From NCBI GenBank assembly GCA_041559075.1, contig JBFFEB010000009.1, positions 1,450-65,449 on the forward strand: a stretch of 64,000 nt of DNA, read 5' to 3'. Shown here piece by piece: positions 50,832 through 62,609 of this stretch. Under the pieces are notes generated by a model, which was not told where the DNA came from, made no database searches, and worked only from the letters and a program-made list of their open reading frames with translations. Source of the stretch: Woeseiaceae bacterium. Its GTDB lineage: Bacteria > Pseudomonadota > Gammaproteobacteria > Steroidobacterales > Woeseiaceae. The first letter of the stretch is position 1; every line of letters starts with the position of its first letter. Made by a program: the position numbers and the translations under genes.

Positions 50832-51797
50832 TTACAGATTCTGCGTCGTCAAATAAAACAGGTAGGCGATGTACGCCGTCAACAGGGCGATCCCTTCGAG
50901 GCGGGACAGGTCGCTCTTGCCATCGTAGTCGTAGGTCATGGCAAAAAGCACCAGCGTAAACGCCACCATAACAAAGATGTGCAGCGACAATACGGAAGGC
51001 GCGAGCGCGGACGGTTCGATGGCTGCCGCGATACCGATCACCGCCAGCAAGTTGAAAATATTGGATCCGACGATGTTGCCGATGGCGAGCCCGTATTCCC
51101 CCTTCATGGCGCTGACGAGCGATACGGCAAGTTCGGGGAGGCTGGTGCCGATGGCGACCAGCGTGATGCCGATGACCACCTCGCTGATACCGAGCGTGCG
51201 CGCGATTTCTATAGCGCCCTCGACGAGCAGTTCGGCGCCGATCAGGAGCGTGCCCAGTCCCACGAGCAGCCACACGATCGCCGCTACCATACTGACGTGT
51301 CGCGGGATTTCGGCCTCGTAGTCTTCCGCCATCGGGTCGGTCGCGGCCGAGCGCATGCCGAGACGAGCGAGCCAGATCATGACGATCACAAGGCCCGTAA
51401 GCATCACCAGGCCGTCGATGCGTGACAGGAAAGAGTCCAGGAACAGGGATACCGTGAGCAGAGTTACCGCGAGCAGCGCGGGCATCTCGCGGCGCAATGT
51501 TGCGGAGCGGAGCTCGATGGGTCGAACGATCGCGATCGAGCCAAGGACGAGGCCTATGTTGGCGATATTCGAGCCGATCGCGTTGCCGAATGCGAGATCG
51601 GGTTCCCCGCGCGTGGCCGCTACGATCGAGACCAGTATCTCCGGCGCGGAAGTGGCAAAGGCGACGATCGTCAGGCCGATCAGGAGTGGCGCAATACCCA
51701 GGTTACGCGCTGTCGCTGCGGCGCCGTGAACAAAACGGTCGGCGCCCCAAATAAGGAGAACCAGGCCGCCAATAACCTCGACGATATTGAGAAGCAT
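50832..51797 (-). CDS. yrbG: CaCA-family calcium/sodium:cation antiporter (YrbG-like)
   Basis: ORF 50832..52046 trimmed to the ATG at 51797: MLLNIVEVIGGLVLLIWGADRFV. Two alpha-repeats are present, GNAIGSNIANIGLVLG and GNIVGSNIFNLLAVIG. Confidence 0.88.
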   Translation of the reverse strand: MLLNIVEVIGGLVLLIWGADRFVHGAAATARNLGIAPLLIGLTIVAFATSAPEILVSIVAATRGEPDLAFGNAIGSNIANIGLVLGSIAIVRPIELRSATLRREMPALLAVTLLTVSLFLDSFLSRIDGLVMLTGLVIVMIWLARLGMRSAATDPMAEDYEAEIPRHVSMVAAIVWLLVGLGTLLIGAELLVEGAIEIARTLGISEVVIGITLVAIGTSLPELAVSLVSAMKGEYGLAIGNIVGSNIFNLLAVIGIAAAIEPSALAPSVLSLHIFVMVAFTLVLFAMTYDYDGKSDLSRLEGIALLTAYIAYLFYLTTQNL

Positions 51798-51969
51798 AGG
51801 ATCTTTGTTCTCGTGAGCGGCCTCGTTACTCGTTTTACAGACCAAAGTCACCCGCGTCCAGACCGACTCGGGCCGGCTATCATACACAATCGTGCTTGCG
51901 CATTGGGATACCCGGAGTTTTGCGGTTAAACTGCGCGCCCCCGGGACAGTAACTGATTGAAACGGCCAG

Positions 51970-53482
<1,513 letters not shown>

Positions 53483-53485
53483 TTC

Positions 53486-54553
53486 CTAGGGCTGCTGCCG
53501 CGGGCGCTCCGTGGCAATAACCGTGGTGCGAACCCGCTCGCCGTCGCGCCATGCGACCACGTCGATTTCGTCGCCTGGTTTCGTGCTGGCCGCAATGAGG
53601 AGCGCCTGCCGCTCCTGCAGGATCGGCTCGCCGTTCATCGACAGGATGATGTCGTTGACGCGCAGTCCCGCGTGGTCTGCCGGTCCGTCCGCGTAGACCT
53701 CCGTGACCAGGATGCCGCTGTTGTCGTCAACGCCGATCTGTGCGCGCTCGGCGCTGGTCAGATCGTCCGGAACGAGGCCGACGTAGCCGCGTATCACCCG
53801 GCCGTGTTTCTTGAGTTCCTCGATCACGCCTCGCACGAGGTCGACAGGGATGGCGAAGCCGATGCCCTCGGTGGCCGTGTCCTGCGTCAGGACCGCCGTG
53901 TTGATCCCGACCAGTTCGCCGTTGGTGTTGACCAGGGCGCCACCCGAATTGCCGGCGTTGATCGCCGCATCCGTCTGTATGAAATCCTCGAACGTCGCGA
54001 GCTCGAGCGCCGCGCGGCCGGTGGCGCTGACGATGCCCTGCGTGACGGACTTCGTGAGGCCGTACGGGTTGCCAATCGCCAGCACTACGTCGCCGATCCG
54101 GAGCCGCCGGGAACTGCCGAGGCGGATTGCCGGCAGGGAATGAGCATCGATCTTCAGGAGTGCGAGGTCGGTCTCTGCGTCCAGGCCAACGACCTCAGGA
54201 GCCACAAATCCGCCGTCACCGAGCTCGACCTGGATCTCCGCGGCGTCCACGACGACGTGCCAGTTCGTGACCAGGTAGCCGTCCGGGTCGATGATGACGG
54301 CCGAGGCGAAGCTGGTGTTGACGCGAAAACGCGTATGGCCGGAGGGGTCGGGTTCGCCGGGGACCAGCCGCCGGCTGACGACCGTGACCACGGACGGTGC
54401 GCTCGCTTCGACGGCATTCGCGTAGCTGGCGGGGCCACTCGCCTCGGGCGGCCGCAGCGAGGGCAGCAGGTCCGGGCGCACCAGAATCACGATAAAGGCC
54501 ACCGCGAGGCCCGCCACGATCGATTGCAGCAGGAACAGCAGTGCCGACTTCAC
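53486..54553 (-). CDS. inner-membrane-anchored HtrA-family serine protease with one PDZ domain (DegS/AlgW-like)
   Basis: 355 aa. The N-terminal anchor is MKSALLFLLQSIVAGLAVAFIVILV. Triad contexts are TNWHVV, DLALLKI and GNSGGALVNTNGELVGINTAV, followed by a single PDZ. Confidence 0.88.
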   Translation of the reverse strand: MKSALLFLLQSIVAGLAVAFIVILVRPDLLPSLRPPEASGPASYANAVEASAPSVVTVVSRRLVPGEPDPSGHTRFRVNTSFASAVIIDPDGYLVTNWHVVVDAAEIQVELGDGGFVAPEVVGLDAETDLALLKIDAHSLPAIRLGSSRRLRIGDVVLAIGNPYGLTKSVTQGIVSATGRAALELATFEDFIQTDAAINAGNSGGALVNTNGELVGINTAVLTQDTATEGIGFAIPVDLVRGVIEELKKHGRVIRGYVGLVPDDLTSAERAQIGVDDNSGILVTEVYADGPADHAGLRVNDIILSMNGEPILQERQALLIAASTKPGDEIDVVAWRDGERVRTTVIATERPRQQP

Positions 54554-54785
54554 GCGCTCACCGCTCGATCATCCCCGTGCAGCCCCCAGGAATTGCGTCG
54601 CTAGCCAATTTCAATAACGCCCGTGTATAATGCCCAATTCGTTCCGCACCAAGTCCCAGTGCATCCGTCATCCTGACGGCAAACCGGGCCTGCTGCAAAT
54701 CTACCAGTATAGAATTAAAGAAAAAGCGCGCTGATCGAAGGGACCGTTAATCTACCTTTCTCAGCCGGGCGTATGGGAGTGCCTG

Positions 54786-55382
54786 ATGACCGAAGACGAC
54801 GCCGATCGGATGGACCGTAACCGCCGTCATTTCCTGACTGTTGCAGCCGCCGTGACCGGTGCCATAGGGGCCGGGTTTGTCGCTGTACCGTTTCTTTCGT
54901 CACTCAAGCCGAGCGCCAGGGCGCAGGCGCTGGGCGCGCCCGTCGAGGTTCCGCTGGGTTCGATACAGGCGGGCGAGATGGTGCGCGTGCTGTGGCGGGG
55001 AAAGCTGGTGTTCGTGCTTCGCCGTAGCGACGCCATGCTGGGCACTCTGGGCGAGCACGACGACAGGCTGCGTGATCCAGACTCGGAAGTCGTCGAACAA
55101 CAGCCCGAGTATGCCGCGAACGAAACGCGCTCGCTGCGGCCCGAGTGGCTGGTGGTTGAAGGTTCCTGCACGCATCTCGGCTGTGCGCCGCTTGAGGATT
55201 TCCAGGCCCGGCCGGTCGAAGGCTGGGACGGCGGGTTCTTCTGTCCCTGCCACGGCTCTAAATTCGATCTCGCCGGGCGGGTGTTCAAGGGCGTGCCGGC
55301 CCCGACCAATCTCAAGGTTCCACCATACCGGTTTGTCCGTGACGACCTGATTCTCATCGGCCAGGATTCGGGAGTAGCGTAA
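54786..55382 (+). CDS. petA: ubiquinol-cytochrome c reductase, Rieske iron-sulfur subunit
   Basis: 198 aa. The Tat-like signal is NRRHFLTVAAA, and the Rieske boxes CTHLGC and CPCHGSKF are present. Confidence 0.95.
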   Translation: MTEDDADRMDRNRRHFLTVAAAVTGAIGAGFVAVPFLSSLKPSARAQALGAPVEVPLGSIQAGEMVRVLWRGKLVFVLRRSDAMLGTLGEHDDRLRDPDSEVVEQQPEYAANETRSLRPEWLVVEGSCTHLGCAPLEDFQARPVEGWDGGFFCPCHGSKFDLAGRVFKGVPAPTNLKVPPYRFVRDDLILIGQDSGVA

Positions 55383-56644
55383 TGGCAAGAGTTGAAGCAG
55401 AAGTCGGCAAGCGACCCGAGGGCGTATGGGCCGGCCTGGTCAAGTGGATCGACGATCGTTTTCCGATGACGTCGACGCTTGAGTACCACGTCACCAAGTA
55501 CTACGCAGCGAAGAGCTTCAACTGGTGGTATGTATTCGGCGTGCTGGCGTTCGTCGTGCTGGCAATTCAGCTGATTACAGGCATCTTCCTGACGATGAAT
55601 TACAAGCCGTCCGCGGAAGAAGCATTCGCCTCTGTCGAGTACATCATGCGCGACGTCGAATGGGGCTGGCTGATCCGCTACATGCATTCGACCGGTGCGT
55701 CGTTCTTTTTCGTCGTCGTTTACCTGCATATGTTCCGTGCGATGCTCTACGGCTCGTACAAGAAACCGCGCGAGATGATCTGGCTGATCGGAATGCTGAT
55801 CTTTTTCGTGCTCATGGCCGAGGCCTTCGCCGGCTACCTGCTGCCGTGGGGGCAGATGTCCTATTGGGGCGCGCAGGTGATTATCTCGCTATTCGGAGCG
55901 ATCCCAGTCGTCGGCGACGGCATCGTCGAATTCATCCGCGGCGACTACTCGATTTCGGACATAACCCTTAATCGATTCTTCGCGCTGCACGTGATCGCGC
56001 TGCCGCTGGCATTGATCGCGCTTGTCTTCGTCCACATTGTCGCGCTGCACGAAGTGGGATCGAACAACCCGGACGGCATCGAGATCAAGGAGCACAAAGG
56101 GCCGGATGGCGTCCCGCTCGATGGTGTCGCGTTCCATCCGTATCACACCAGCAAGGATCTGGTCGCGATCCTCGTGTTCCTGATGATATTCAGTGCGGTC
56201 GTGTTCTTCGCGCCTGAGATGGGCGGTTATTTCCTTGAGCATGCGAACTTCGAGCCTGCAAACATGCGCGCCACACCGGAGCACATAGCGCCGGTTTGGT
56301 ACTTCACGCCGTTCTACGCGATCCTCCGTGCGGTGCCGGACAAATTGTGGGGATTCATTCTTTTCGGCCTGTCGGTCGTGCTATTCGTGTTTCTCCCGTG
56401 GCTGGACCGGTCCCGTGTCAGGTCGATTCGATATCGCGGATGGATGTACAAGTCCGCGCTGACCGTGTTCGTCATTACCTTCGTGATGCTCGGATGGCTG
56501 GGTCTGCAGCCCGCGGAGGGTGTCTACGTGTTGTTGGCCAGGATCTTCACGATCCTGTATTTCGCGTTCTTCCTGCTGATGCCTTACTACACGTCGATCG
56601 ACAAGACGAAGCCTGTACCGGAAAGGGTGGTCTACCATGGGTAA
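55382..56644 (+). CDS. petB: cytochrome b
   Basis: 420 aa polytopic protein: WLIRYMHSTGASFFFVVVYLHMFR and PEWYFTPFY-like PVWYFTPFYAILR. Confidence 0.95.
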   Translation: MARVEAEVGKRPEGVWAGLVKWIDDRFPMTSTLEYHVTKYYAAKSFNWWYVFGVLAFVVLAIQLITGIFLTMNYKPSAEEAFASVEYIMRDVEWGWLIRYMHSTGASFFFVVVYLHMFRAMLYGSYKKPREMIWLIGMLIFFVLMAEAFAGYLLPWGQMSYWGAQVIISLFGAIPVVGDGIVEFIRGDYSISDITLNRFFALHVIALPLALIALVFVHIVALHEVGSNNPDGIEIKEHKGPDGVPLDGVAFHPYHTSKDLVAILVFLMIFSAVVFFAPEMGGYFLEHANFEPANMRATPEHIAPVWYFTPFYAILRAVPDKLWGFILFGLSVVLFVFLPWLDRSRVRSIRYRGWMYKSALTVFVITFVMLGWLGLQPAEGVYVLLARIFTILYFAFFLLMPYYTSIDKTKPVPERVVYHG

Positions 56645-57386
56645 GTTCAACACGATCGCCGGGCTCGTCGGAGCACTCCTGCTCTTCGGTGCGACGCAGA
56701 GTCTTGCGGCCGGCGGCGTCGCCCTCGAGCATGCGGATATAGAGCCGGGAAACATCGCGTCTTTGCAGCGCGGCGCGCGCAATTTCATGAACTACTGCTC
56801 GGGATGCCACTCCGCGAAGTACGTCCGCTTCAGCACGATCGGCAGAGATCTCGAGCTCTCGGACGAACAGCTGAGCGAGAACCTCATGTTCAATGCCGAC
56901 AAGACCTTCGAGACGATCAAGGTTTCGATGCCGGGGCAGGCAGCCGAGCGCTGGTTCGGCGTCGCGCCACCCGACCTGTCGCTGGTGGGTCGTGCCAAGG
57001 GCGCGGACTATGTTTACTCGTTTCTTAAGGGGTTCTATGTGCAGGAGCAGAGTCCCACGGGCGTAGACAATACCGTGCTTGCTGGTACGAGCATGCCGCA
57101 CGTGTTGTGGGAATTGCAGGGTTACCAGAGGGCGATATTCTCGGAGCACACTGAAGACGGTGTCACGACGCAGCACTTCGAAGGGTTTGAACCCCTGACC
57201 GGCGGTTCGCTGGATGCCGAAGGCTACGACGAGTTCGTTCGCGACACGGTGAACTTTCTCGTGTACATCGCGGAGCCGGTCCGCTCGGAGCGCCGTACGC
57301 TGGGTATCTGGGTGCTGATCTACCTGATCTTCTTCTGGATCATCGCCGTAATGCTCAAGAAGCAGATCTGGAAGGACGTCAAGTAA
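56637..57386 (+). CDS. petC: cytochrome c1
   Basis: 249 aa with a signal peptide, the haem motif CSGCHS and a C-terminal TM anchor. It overlaps petB by 8 nt. Confidence 0.93.
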   Translation: MGKFNTIAGLVGALLLFGATQSLAAGGVALEHADIEPGNIASLQRGARNFMNYCSGCHSAKYVRFSTIGRDLELSDEQLSENLMFNADKTFETIKVSMPGQAAERWFGVAPPDLSLVGRAKGADYVYSFLKGFYVQEQSPTGVDNTVLAGTSMPHVLWELQGYQRAIFSEHTEDGVTTQHFEGFEPLTGGSLDAEGYDEFVRDTVNFLVYIAEPVRSERRTLGIWVLIYLIFFWIIAVMLKKQIWKDVK

Positions 57387-58013
57387 ATGGCCAGTATCCC
57401 GAACAGGCGATCCGTCATGACGCTGTTTTCGCGCCCGACGGACATTCACAGCCATCGCACGCGGCTCGTGCTCGCAGAAAAGAACATCAACATCGAGATC
57501 GTCAACGTGATGGGTCCGGAGCTGCCCGAAGACCTGATGGATCTCAATCCGTATCACACCGTGCCGACGCTGGTTGACCGCGACCTGACCTTGTACGACT
57601 CGCGTGTCATCATTGAATATCTCGACGAACGCTTTCCGCATCCGCCGCTGATGCCTGTCGATCCGGTTACGCGTGCGCAATTCCGACTCGCGTTGTTCCG
57701 TATCGAGACGGACTGGTATTCGCTGGCGGAAGAGGCCGATCCGATCGATGGCAAGTTGAGTTCCAAGTCGCGCAAGATGCTGCGTGAAAGCATTCTGCAA
57801 AGCGCCGAGCTGTTCAGCGCGCGCCCGTATTTCCTTAGCGATGAATTCTCGCTAGTCGATTGCAGCATCGCGCCCATCCTGTGGCGCCTGCCGCTCTACG
57901 GGATCGAATTCGGTGCGCAGGGTGAGCCGATCGAAGCCTACATGAAGCGCGTGTTTGCGCGCCGCTCTTTCCGCCAGAGCCTGACGGAGCTCGAGCAGGA
58001 AATGCGCATGTAG
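57387..58013 (+). CDS. sspA: stringent starvation protein A (GST-like)
   Basis: 208 aa: MTLFS...HRTRLVLAEKNI...NPYHTVPTLVDRDLTLYDSRVIIEYLDERFPHPPLMP. The ATG directly abuts the petC stop. Confidence 0.93.
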   Translation: MASIPNRRSVMTLFSRPTDIHSHRTRLVLAEKNINIEIVNVMGPELPEDLMDLNPYHTVPTLVDRDLTLYDSRVIIEYLDERFPHPPLMPVDPVTRAQFRLALFRIETDWYSLAEEADPIDGKLSSKSRKMLRESILQSAELFSARPYFLSDEFSLVDCSIAPILWRLPLYGIEFGAQGEPIEAYMKRVFARRSFRQSLTELEQEMRM

Positions 58014-58020
58014 GTTGGTC

Positions 58021-58108
58021 GCGGGCGCGGTTCGGGGCATTTGCTCTGGGACTGCTCGCCTGCGGCTCGCTTCAGGTCTCGGGTGTAAACGCCGCGAACC
58101 GCGCTTGC
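58021..58108 (+). other. long-range inverted repeat (14-bp helix enclosing 60 nt) in the sspA-sspB spacer
   Basis: GCGGGCGCGGTTCG (58021-58034) pairs with CGAACCGCGCTTGC (58095-58108): 12 Watson-Crick plus 2 G-U pairs on the plus-strand RNA. The function is unknown. Confidence 0.3.
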
Positions 58109-58209
58109 CGGATTGGAAGCGCTCGGTCGCGCCTTATGTCTTGGCGCAGATAACTCACTTGAACCCCATTCAGGCCCATGTCCGGCTAAATGGCGGCTTA
58201 TGTTATCTT

Positions 58210-58239
58210 TTCAAATGCGCCGCAAATCGGTGGTAGACT
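58210..58239 (+). promoter_or_regulatory. sigma-70 promoter candidate for sspB
   Basis: TTCAAA, 18 bp of spacer, then TAGACT, located 37 nt upstream of the sspB GTG. Confidence 0.4.
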
Positions 58240-58275
58240 TTGCACTAGGGACAGAACAAACAGGCTTGTGGGAAA

Positions 58276-58674
58276 GTGGCAAATCCAAGTCGATCAAAAA
58301 GACCCTACCTGATCAGAGCGATGCACGAGTGGATGGCCGATAACGGCCACACCCCCCATATCGTCGTTGACGCTTCTATCGATGGAGTCTGTGTGCCGCC
58401 GGAGCACGTCAAGGATGGCAAGATCATTTTGAATATCAGCGAGTCCGCTGCGCACAATCTGAAGCTCATCAACGATTCGGTGAGCTTCCGCGCGCGCTTC
58501 GGAGGCGTGCCCTTCGACGTATGGGTGCCGACCGGTTCGGTACTTGGCATCTACGCGCGGGAGACCGGGCAAGGCATGATTTTCTCCAACGACTCCGGTG
58601 CGTCGGGAACGCCGCAGGACCCGGACGACATAGAAGAGACGCGGTCACGACCCCACCTGAGGGTGGTCAAGTAA
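58276..58674 (+). CDS. sspB: stringent starvation protein B (ClpXP specificity-enhancing adaptor)
   Basis: 132 aa, GTG start: SKRPYLIRAMHEWMADNGHTPHIVVDA...GKIILNIS and the C-terminal ClpX-binding-like tail RPHLRVVK. Confidence 0.9.
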   Translation: MANPSRSKRPYLIRAMHEWMADNGHTPHIVVDASIDGVCVPPEHVKDGKIILNISESAAHNLKLINDSVSFRARFGGVPFDVWVPTGSVLGIYARETGQGMIFSNDSGASGTPQDPDDIEETRSRPHLRVVK

Positions 58675-58682
58675 CGACGCGC

Positions 58683-59306
<624 letters not shown>

Positions 59307-59333
59307 CTAGCAGCCGCCGGCCGATGCGTCCGG

Positions 59334-59705
59334 TCAGGGCCTGAAGGCATCACGAACCCACTCGACGGTCCGGCACCTCTTATCGCCGCCGTCAACGCCG
59401 AAGACATCGAATCTTGCGGCGTACGATGAAAAGCGGGGGTGGGTCGCAAGGAACATCTCGGCCGTCCGAACCAGCTTGTCCTGCTTGCGCCGATCGACGG
59501 TCGCGGCGGCACTCGCGAGAGCGCCGCTTGAACGATAACGGACCTCCACGAATACGAGGCAGTCTTCGTCCAGCATGATGAGATCGATTTCGCCGTGCCG
59601 GCAGCGGAAATTACGTTCCACGGCAGCAAGACCCCTTTCCCGAAGGTATCGATACGCGAAATGCTCGGCGGCGCTCCCTACCTTTCTGGTGTCACTTCGT
59701 GCCAC
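59334..59705 (-). CDS. yraN: YraN-family (UPF0102) predicted endonuclease
   Basis: 123 aa: GSAAEHFAYRYLRERGLAAVERNFRCRHGEIDLIMLDEDCLVFVEVRYR. Confidence 0.85.
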   Translation of the reverse strand: MARSDTRKVGSAAEHFAYRYLRERGLAAVERNFRCRHGEIDLIMLDEDCLVFVEVRYRSSGALASAAATVDRRKQDKLVRTAEMFLATHPRFSSYAARFDVFGVDGGDKRCRTVEWVRDAFRP

Positions 59706-61648
59706 ATTCGGCCGTCGTAAGGGTCGTCCGGCGTTACCGCGTCGTCGTCGGTCGGGCGCAGGGGCCCGGCGTCGTCAACGGGCGGTGGCAACGGCACCGG
59801 TACGCCGCTGCGGAATTCTGCCCACGCAAGTCGGCGATGGATGCGGCCGCTGCCATCCAGGTAAAGCATACCGGTCGCACCGTCGACTTCCGGCATCGTG
59901 CCGTCACGTGCTGCAAACAGCGGCGCGACGAGGTGGTAAGCGTCATAACCCATCGCATGCAGCCGGCCCAGGCGACGTTCTTCCGGCCAGTACTCCCGGA
60001 ACATATCCGGCAGGTAGCGGATCCAGCTCTGCGGCGCGATGATCCAAGGCGTATCCGCAAAGCGTATCCCGTTCAGATCCGCGTTCGAGCGCCCGTCCAT
60101 CGCGTATATCGAGGAGGTGGAGTAAACCGGCAGATCGCCGGAGTAATGAAACTTGAGCTGCGATTTCAGCAGGCGGCCCGCTGCGCCGTCCGCCGCCAGG
60201 AAAATAAAGTCTACGTCCTGGCGGCGACGCGGATCGAATTGCAGCGGTACGCCGATGTTTGCGCGCATTCGCTGGTAGCGGGTAACGCTTCCGGCGAGTC
60301 CCATGAGTTCTTCGATCGTGCGCGAGTAATCCGGGTTATCGGCCATGAAGCTCCTGTAGTCCAGCAGGGTCCCGCCCCGCGCTTCGAACTCCGTCGCAAA
60401 AGCGGTCAGCAGCCGGCGCCCCCAATTACTGTTCGGAACCAGGGCCACCGCCGTGCGATGCCCGTCCTCGAGAGCGCGAGTCGCAGCGGAAACGGCCTCG
60501 TCCTCGGGCGCGAGGGCGAACTGGAAGAGACCGGGTGGTGGCAGCGACTCGTCCGGCAGATAATTAAGGGTAAGAACAGGGACGGGAACGAGAATGTCGT
60601 TTGCAAGCTCGTTCACATGGTCGCGCAACAGCGGTCCCACCACGAATTCCGCACCGTCTTCGACAGCCGAGGCATAGGCCGCGCTCGGTCCCCCTTCCGC
60701 GTCCACGTCATAGACACGGATGGACTGGCGGTCGTCCAAGCCGCCGGCACCGGCGAAATAGGCGCCCAGAAAGCCGTTCTGCACGGCCTTGCCGGCACTC
60801 CCGGTACGGCCGCTCAGCGGCAGCAAAAGTGCGATGCGACGCGGGTAGTCGAGCAACTGGTCCGCAGGGATGTCGAGGTCTTCGAGCACGCTCATCGCGG
60901 GGTGTCCCGCATTGCGTTCGCGCCAGCGTATAACGCCGTTGCTCCATCCTATGCCCTGCTGCCCAGTTGCAGTGGCTAGGGCTCCGAGCGTCAGCCAGCC
61001 TCGCAGCGTCGGGTCGGTGGCCGTTTCAGCAGAGCCACGCAACACCAGCGGGTCGCTGACGAGCAGTCCCTGCCAGAGTCTGTCGCGATTGCGTTCGATA
61101 CTCAGGCGATCCTCCAGCCAGGTCTCGCGCTGCATGAGTAACTCGATCGCACGTGTCGGATCCTGCAGCTGGAACCACGCATCCGCACGTAACGCCTCCA
61201 CCCGCAGGCGCATGTTGGGCGGCAACGACTGACGGCTGAGCGATTCGAGCAGGTCTCCTGCAGGTTCTGCCTCGCCGTCATACAGGAGCATCGCGGCCCG
61301 GGTCGCGTTCCAATGCAATAGCAGATCGCCGTCCGCCGGCTGAGGGACGCCGCGGAACGCGTTTTGCGCCCGTACTTTGTCGCCGGCATCCAGCCAGTTG
61401 TCCACCGCGAGCAGAGTGAGCCGGTCACGCTCGCTGCCGCTCGTCGCGGCGGCCAGGCCGATGTAGACACTTGCCGCTTCCTGGTACTCTCCGGCCTGCG
61501 CGAGGCGAGCGCCGCGGGCCTCCGCAGAGCCGCCGAGCCTTCCACTATCGGTCGTTCCACAGGCGGCGATGACCACTGAGAGCAGCAGCACGGTAGCGGT
61601 GCTTGCTTTGCGGTTCCTTTGCCGGGCAGGATGTCCTTGAAAATTCAT
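59678..61648 (-). CDS. lpoA: penicillin-binding protein activator LpoA (outer-membrane lipoprotein)
   Basis: ORF 59678..61660. It has the lipobox LLLSVVIAAC|G, an N-terminal TPR-like region and a C-terminal periplasmic-binding-protein-like domain. It is divergent from rsmI, as in other Gammaproteobacteria. Its 3' end overlaps the yraN start by 28 nt. Confidence 0.85.
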   Translation of the reverse strand: MNFQGHPARQRNRKASTATVLLLSVVIAACGTTDSGRLGGSAEARGARLAQAGEYQEAASVYIGLAAATSGSERDRLTLLAVDNWLDAGDKVRAQNAFRGVPQPADGDLLLHWNATRAAMLLYDGEAEPAGDLLESLSRQSLPPNMRLRVEALRADAWFQLQDPTRAIELLMQRETWLEDRLSIERNRDRLWQGLLVSDPLVLRGSAETATDPTLRGWLTLGALATATGQQGIGWSNGVIRWRERNAGHPAMSVLEDLDIPADQLLDYPRRIALLLPLSGRTGSAGKAVQNGFLGAYFAGAGGLDDRQSIRVYDVDAEGGPSAAYASAVEDGAEFVVGPLLRDHVNELANDILVPVPVLTLNYLPDESLPPPGLFQFALAPEDEAVSAATRALEDGHRTAVALVPNSNWGRRLLTAFATEFEARGGTLLDYRSFMADNPDYSRTIEELMGLAGSVTRYQRMRANIGVPLQFDPRRRQDVDFIFLAADGAAGRLLKSQLKFHYSGDLPVYSTSSIYAMDGRSNADLNGIRFADTPWIIAPQSWIRYLPDMFREYWPEERRLGRLHAMGYDAYHLVAPLFAARDGTMPEVDGATGMLYLDGSGRIHRRLAWAEFRSGVPVPLPPPVDDAGPLRPTDDDAVTPDDPYDGRMWHEVTPER

Positions 61649-61689
61649 TTGTTCGTGCACTTCTGATAAGGGCCGGAATCGAGCGCGCT

Positions 61690-62541
61690 ATGAGCGGCAC
61701 ATTGTTCGTCGTTGCCACACCGATCGGAAACCTCGAAGACCTGTCTCCGCGCACGCGCCAGACACTTGCCGAGGTGGATCTCGTTGCCGCCGAGGATACC
61801 CGGCACACCGGGCGATTGCTATCGCATTTGGGCGTGAAAACGCGGCAAATTGCGCTGCACGAACATAACGAGGTACGCGCGGTCGCGGTCGTTATCGAGC
61901 AACTGAAGCACGGCAAGTCGGTGGCGCTGGTCAGCGATGCCGGCACGCCGCTGGTCAGCGATCCCGGCTACCGGCTGGTGCGTGCCGCCCACGAGAACGG
62001 CATCAAGGTCACACTGGTCCCTGGTCCCTCAGCGGTTACCGCCGCCCTGTCGATCTGCGGATTACCGACCGATCGCTTTGCGTTCGAGGGCTTCCCTCCC
62101 GCGAAAAAGGCTGCGCGCCGCAAATGGCTGCAGGCCCGTGCGGCGGACGAGCGGACGCTGGTGTTTTTCGAGGCAGTGCACCGGATCGCCGCGACGCTCG
62201 CTGACATGGTCGACGCATTCGGCGCCGATCGGGAGGCATTTCTCGGTCGCGAGCTGACCAAGCTCCACGAGCAGTGCGTCGTCGGGAGCCTCGGCGAACT
62301 GCTCGACGACGTGGGTGGCGGCACGATTGCCTCGAAAGGCGAATTCGTCGTCGCGGTCAGGGGTGCATCCGGACCCGCGGGTTCCTCCCTCGAGGTTGAC
62401 CGCCTGTTGGCTGAACTCCTCGGACTCGTACCGGCGCGGCAGGCTGCGGCGATCGCCGCCAGGATTACGGGCGGCAGGCGCAATGCGCTCTATGAGCGCA
62501 TCCTCGAGAAAGCGGACGACCAGATCCGGCGGCGCACCTAG
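61690..62541 (+). CDS. rsmI: 16S rRNA (cytidine1402-2'-O)-methyltransferase
   Basis: ORF 61603..62541 trimmed to the ATG at 61690: MSGTLFVVATPIGNLEDLSPRT...VALVSDAGTPLVSDPGY. Confidence 0.93.
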   Translation: MSGTLFVVATPIGNLEDLSPRTRQTLAEVDLVAAEDTRHTGRLLSHLGVKTRQIALHEHNEVRAVAVVIEQLKHGKSVALVSDAGTPLVSDPGYRLVRAAHENGIKVTLVPGPSAVTAALSICGLPTDRFAFEGFPPAKKAARRKWLQARAADERTLVFFEAVHRIAATLADMVDAFGADREAFLGRELTKLHEQCVVGSLGELLDDVGGGTIASKGEFVVAVRGASGPAGSSLEVDRLLAELLGLVPARQAAAIAARITGGRRNALYERILEKADDQIRRRT

Positions 62542-62609
62542 GCCTTATAATCGGCAAAGTCCGGGAAGACCGCGCGGAGGCGCGCGAAATGTTTTAGAAT
62601 CCTCGGTCC

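Noticed and set aside
58015-58343. ORFs of 73 and 76 aa (58015..58236, 58113..58343) in the sspA-sspB spacer.
   Set aside because: They have no Shine-Dalgarno sequence and an atypical Cys/Arg/Gly-rich composition. One overlaps the real sspB start out of frame. The region is more likely non-coding.
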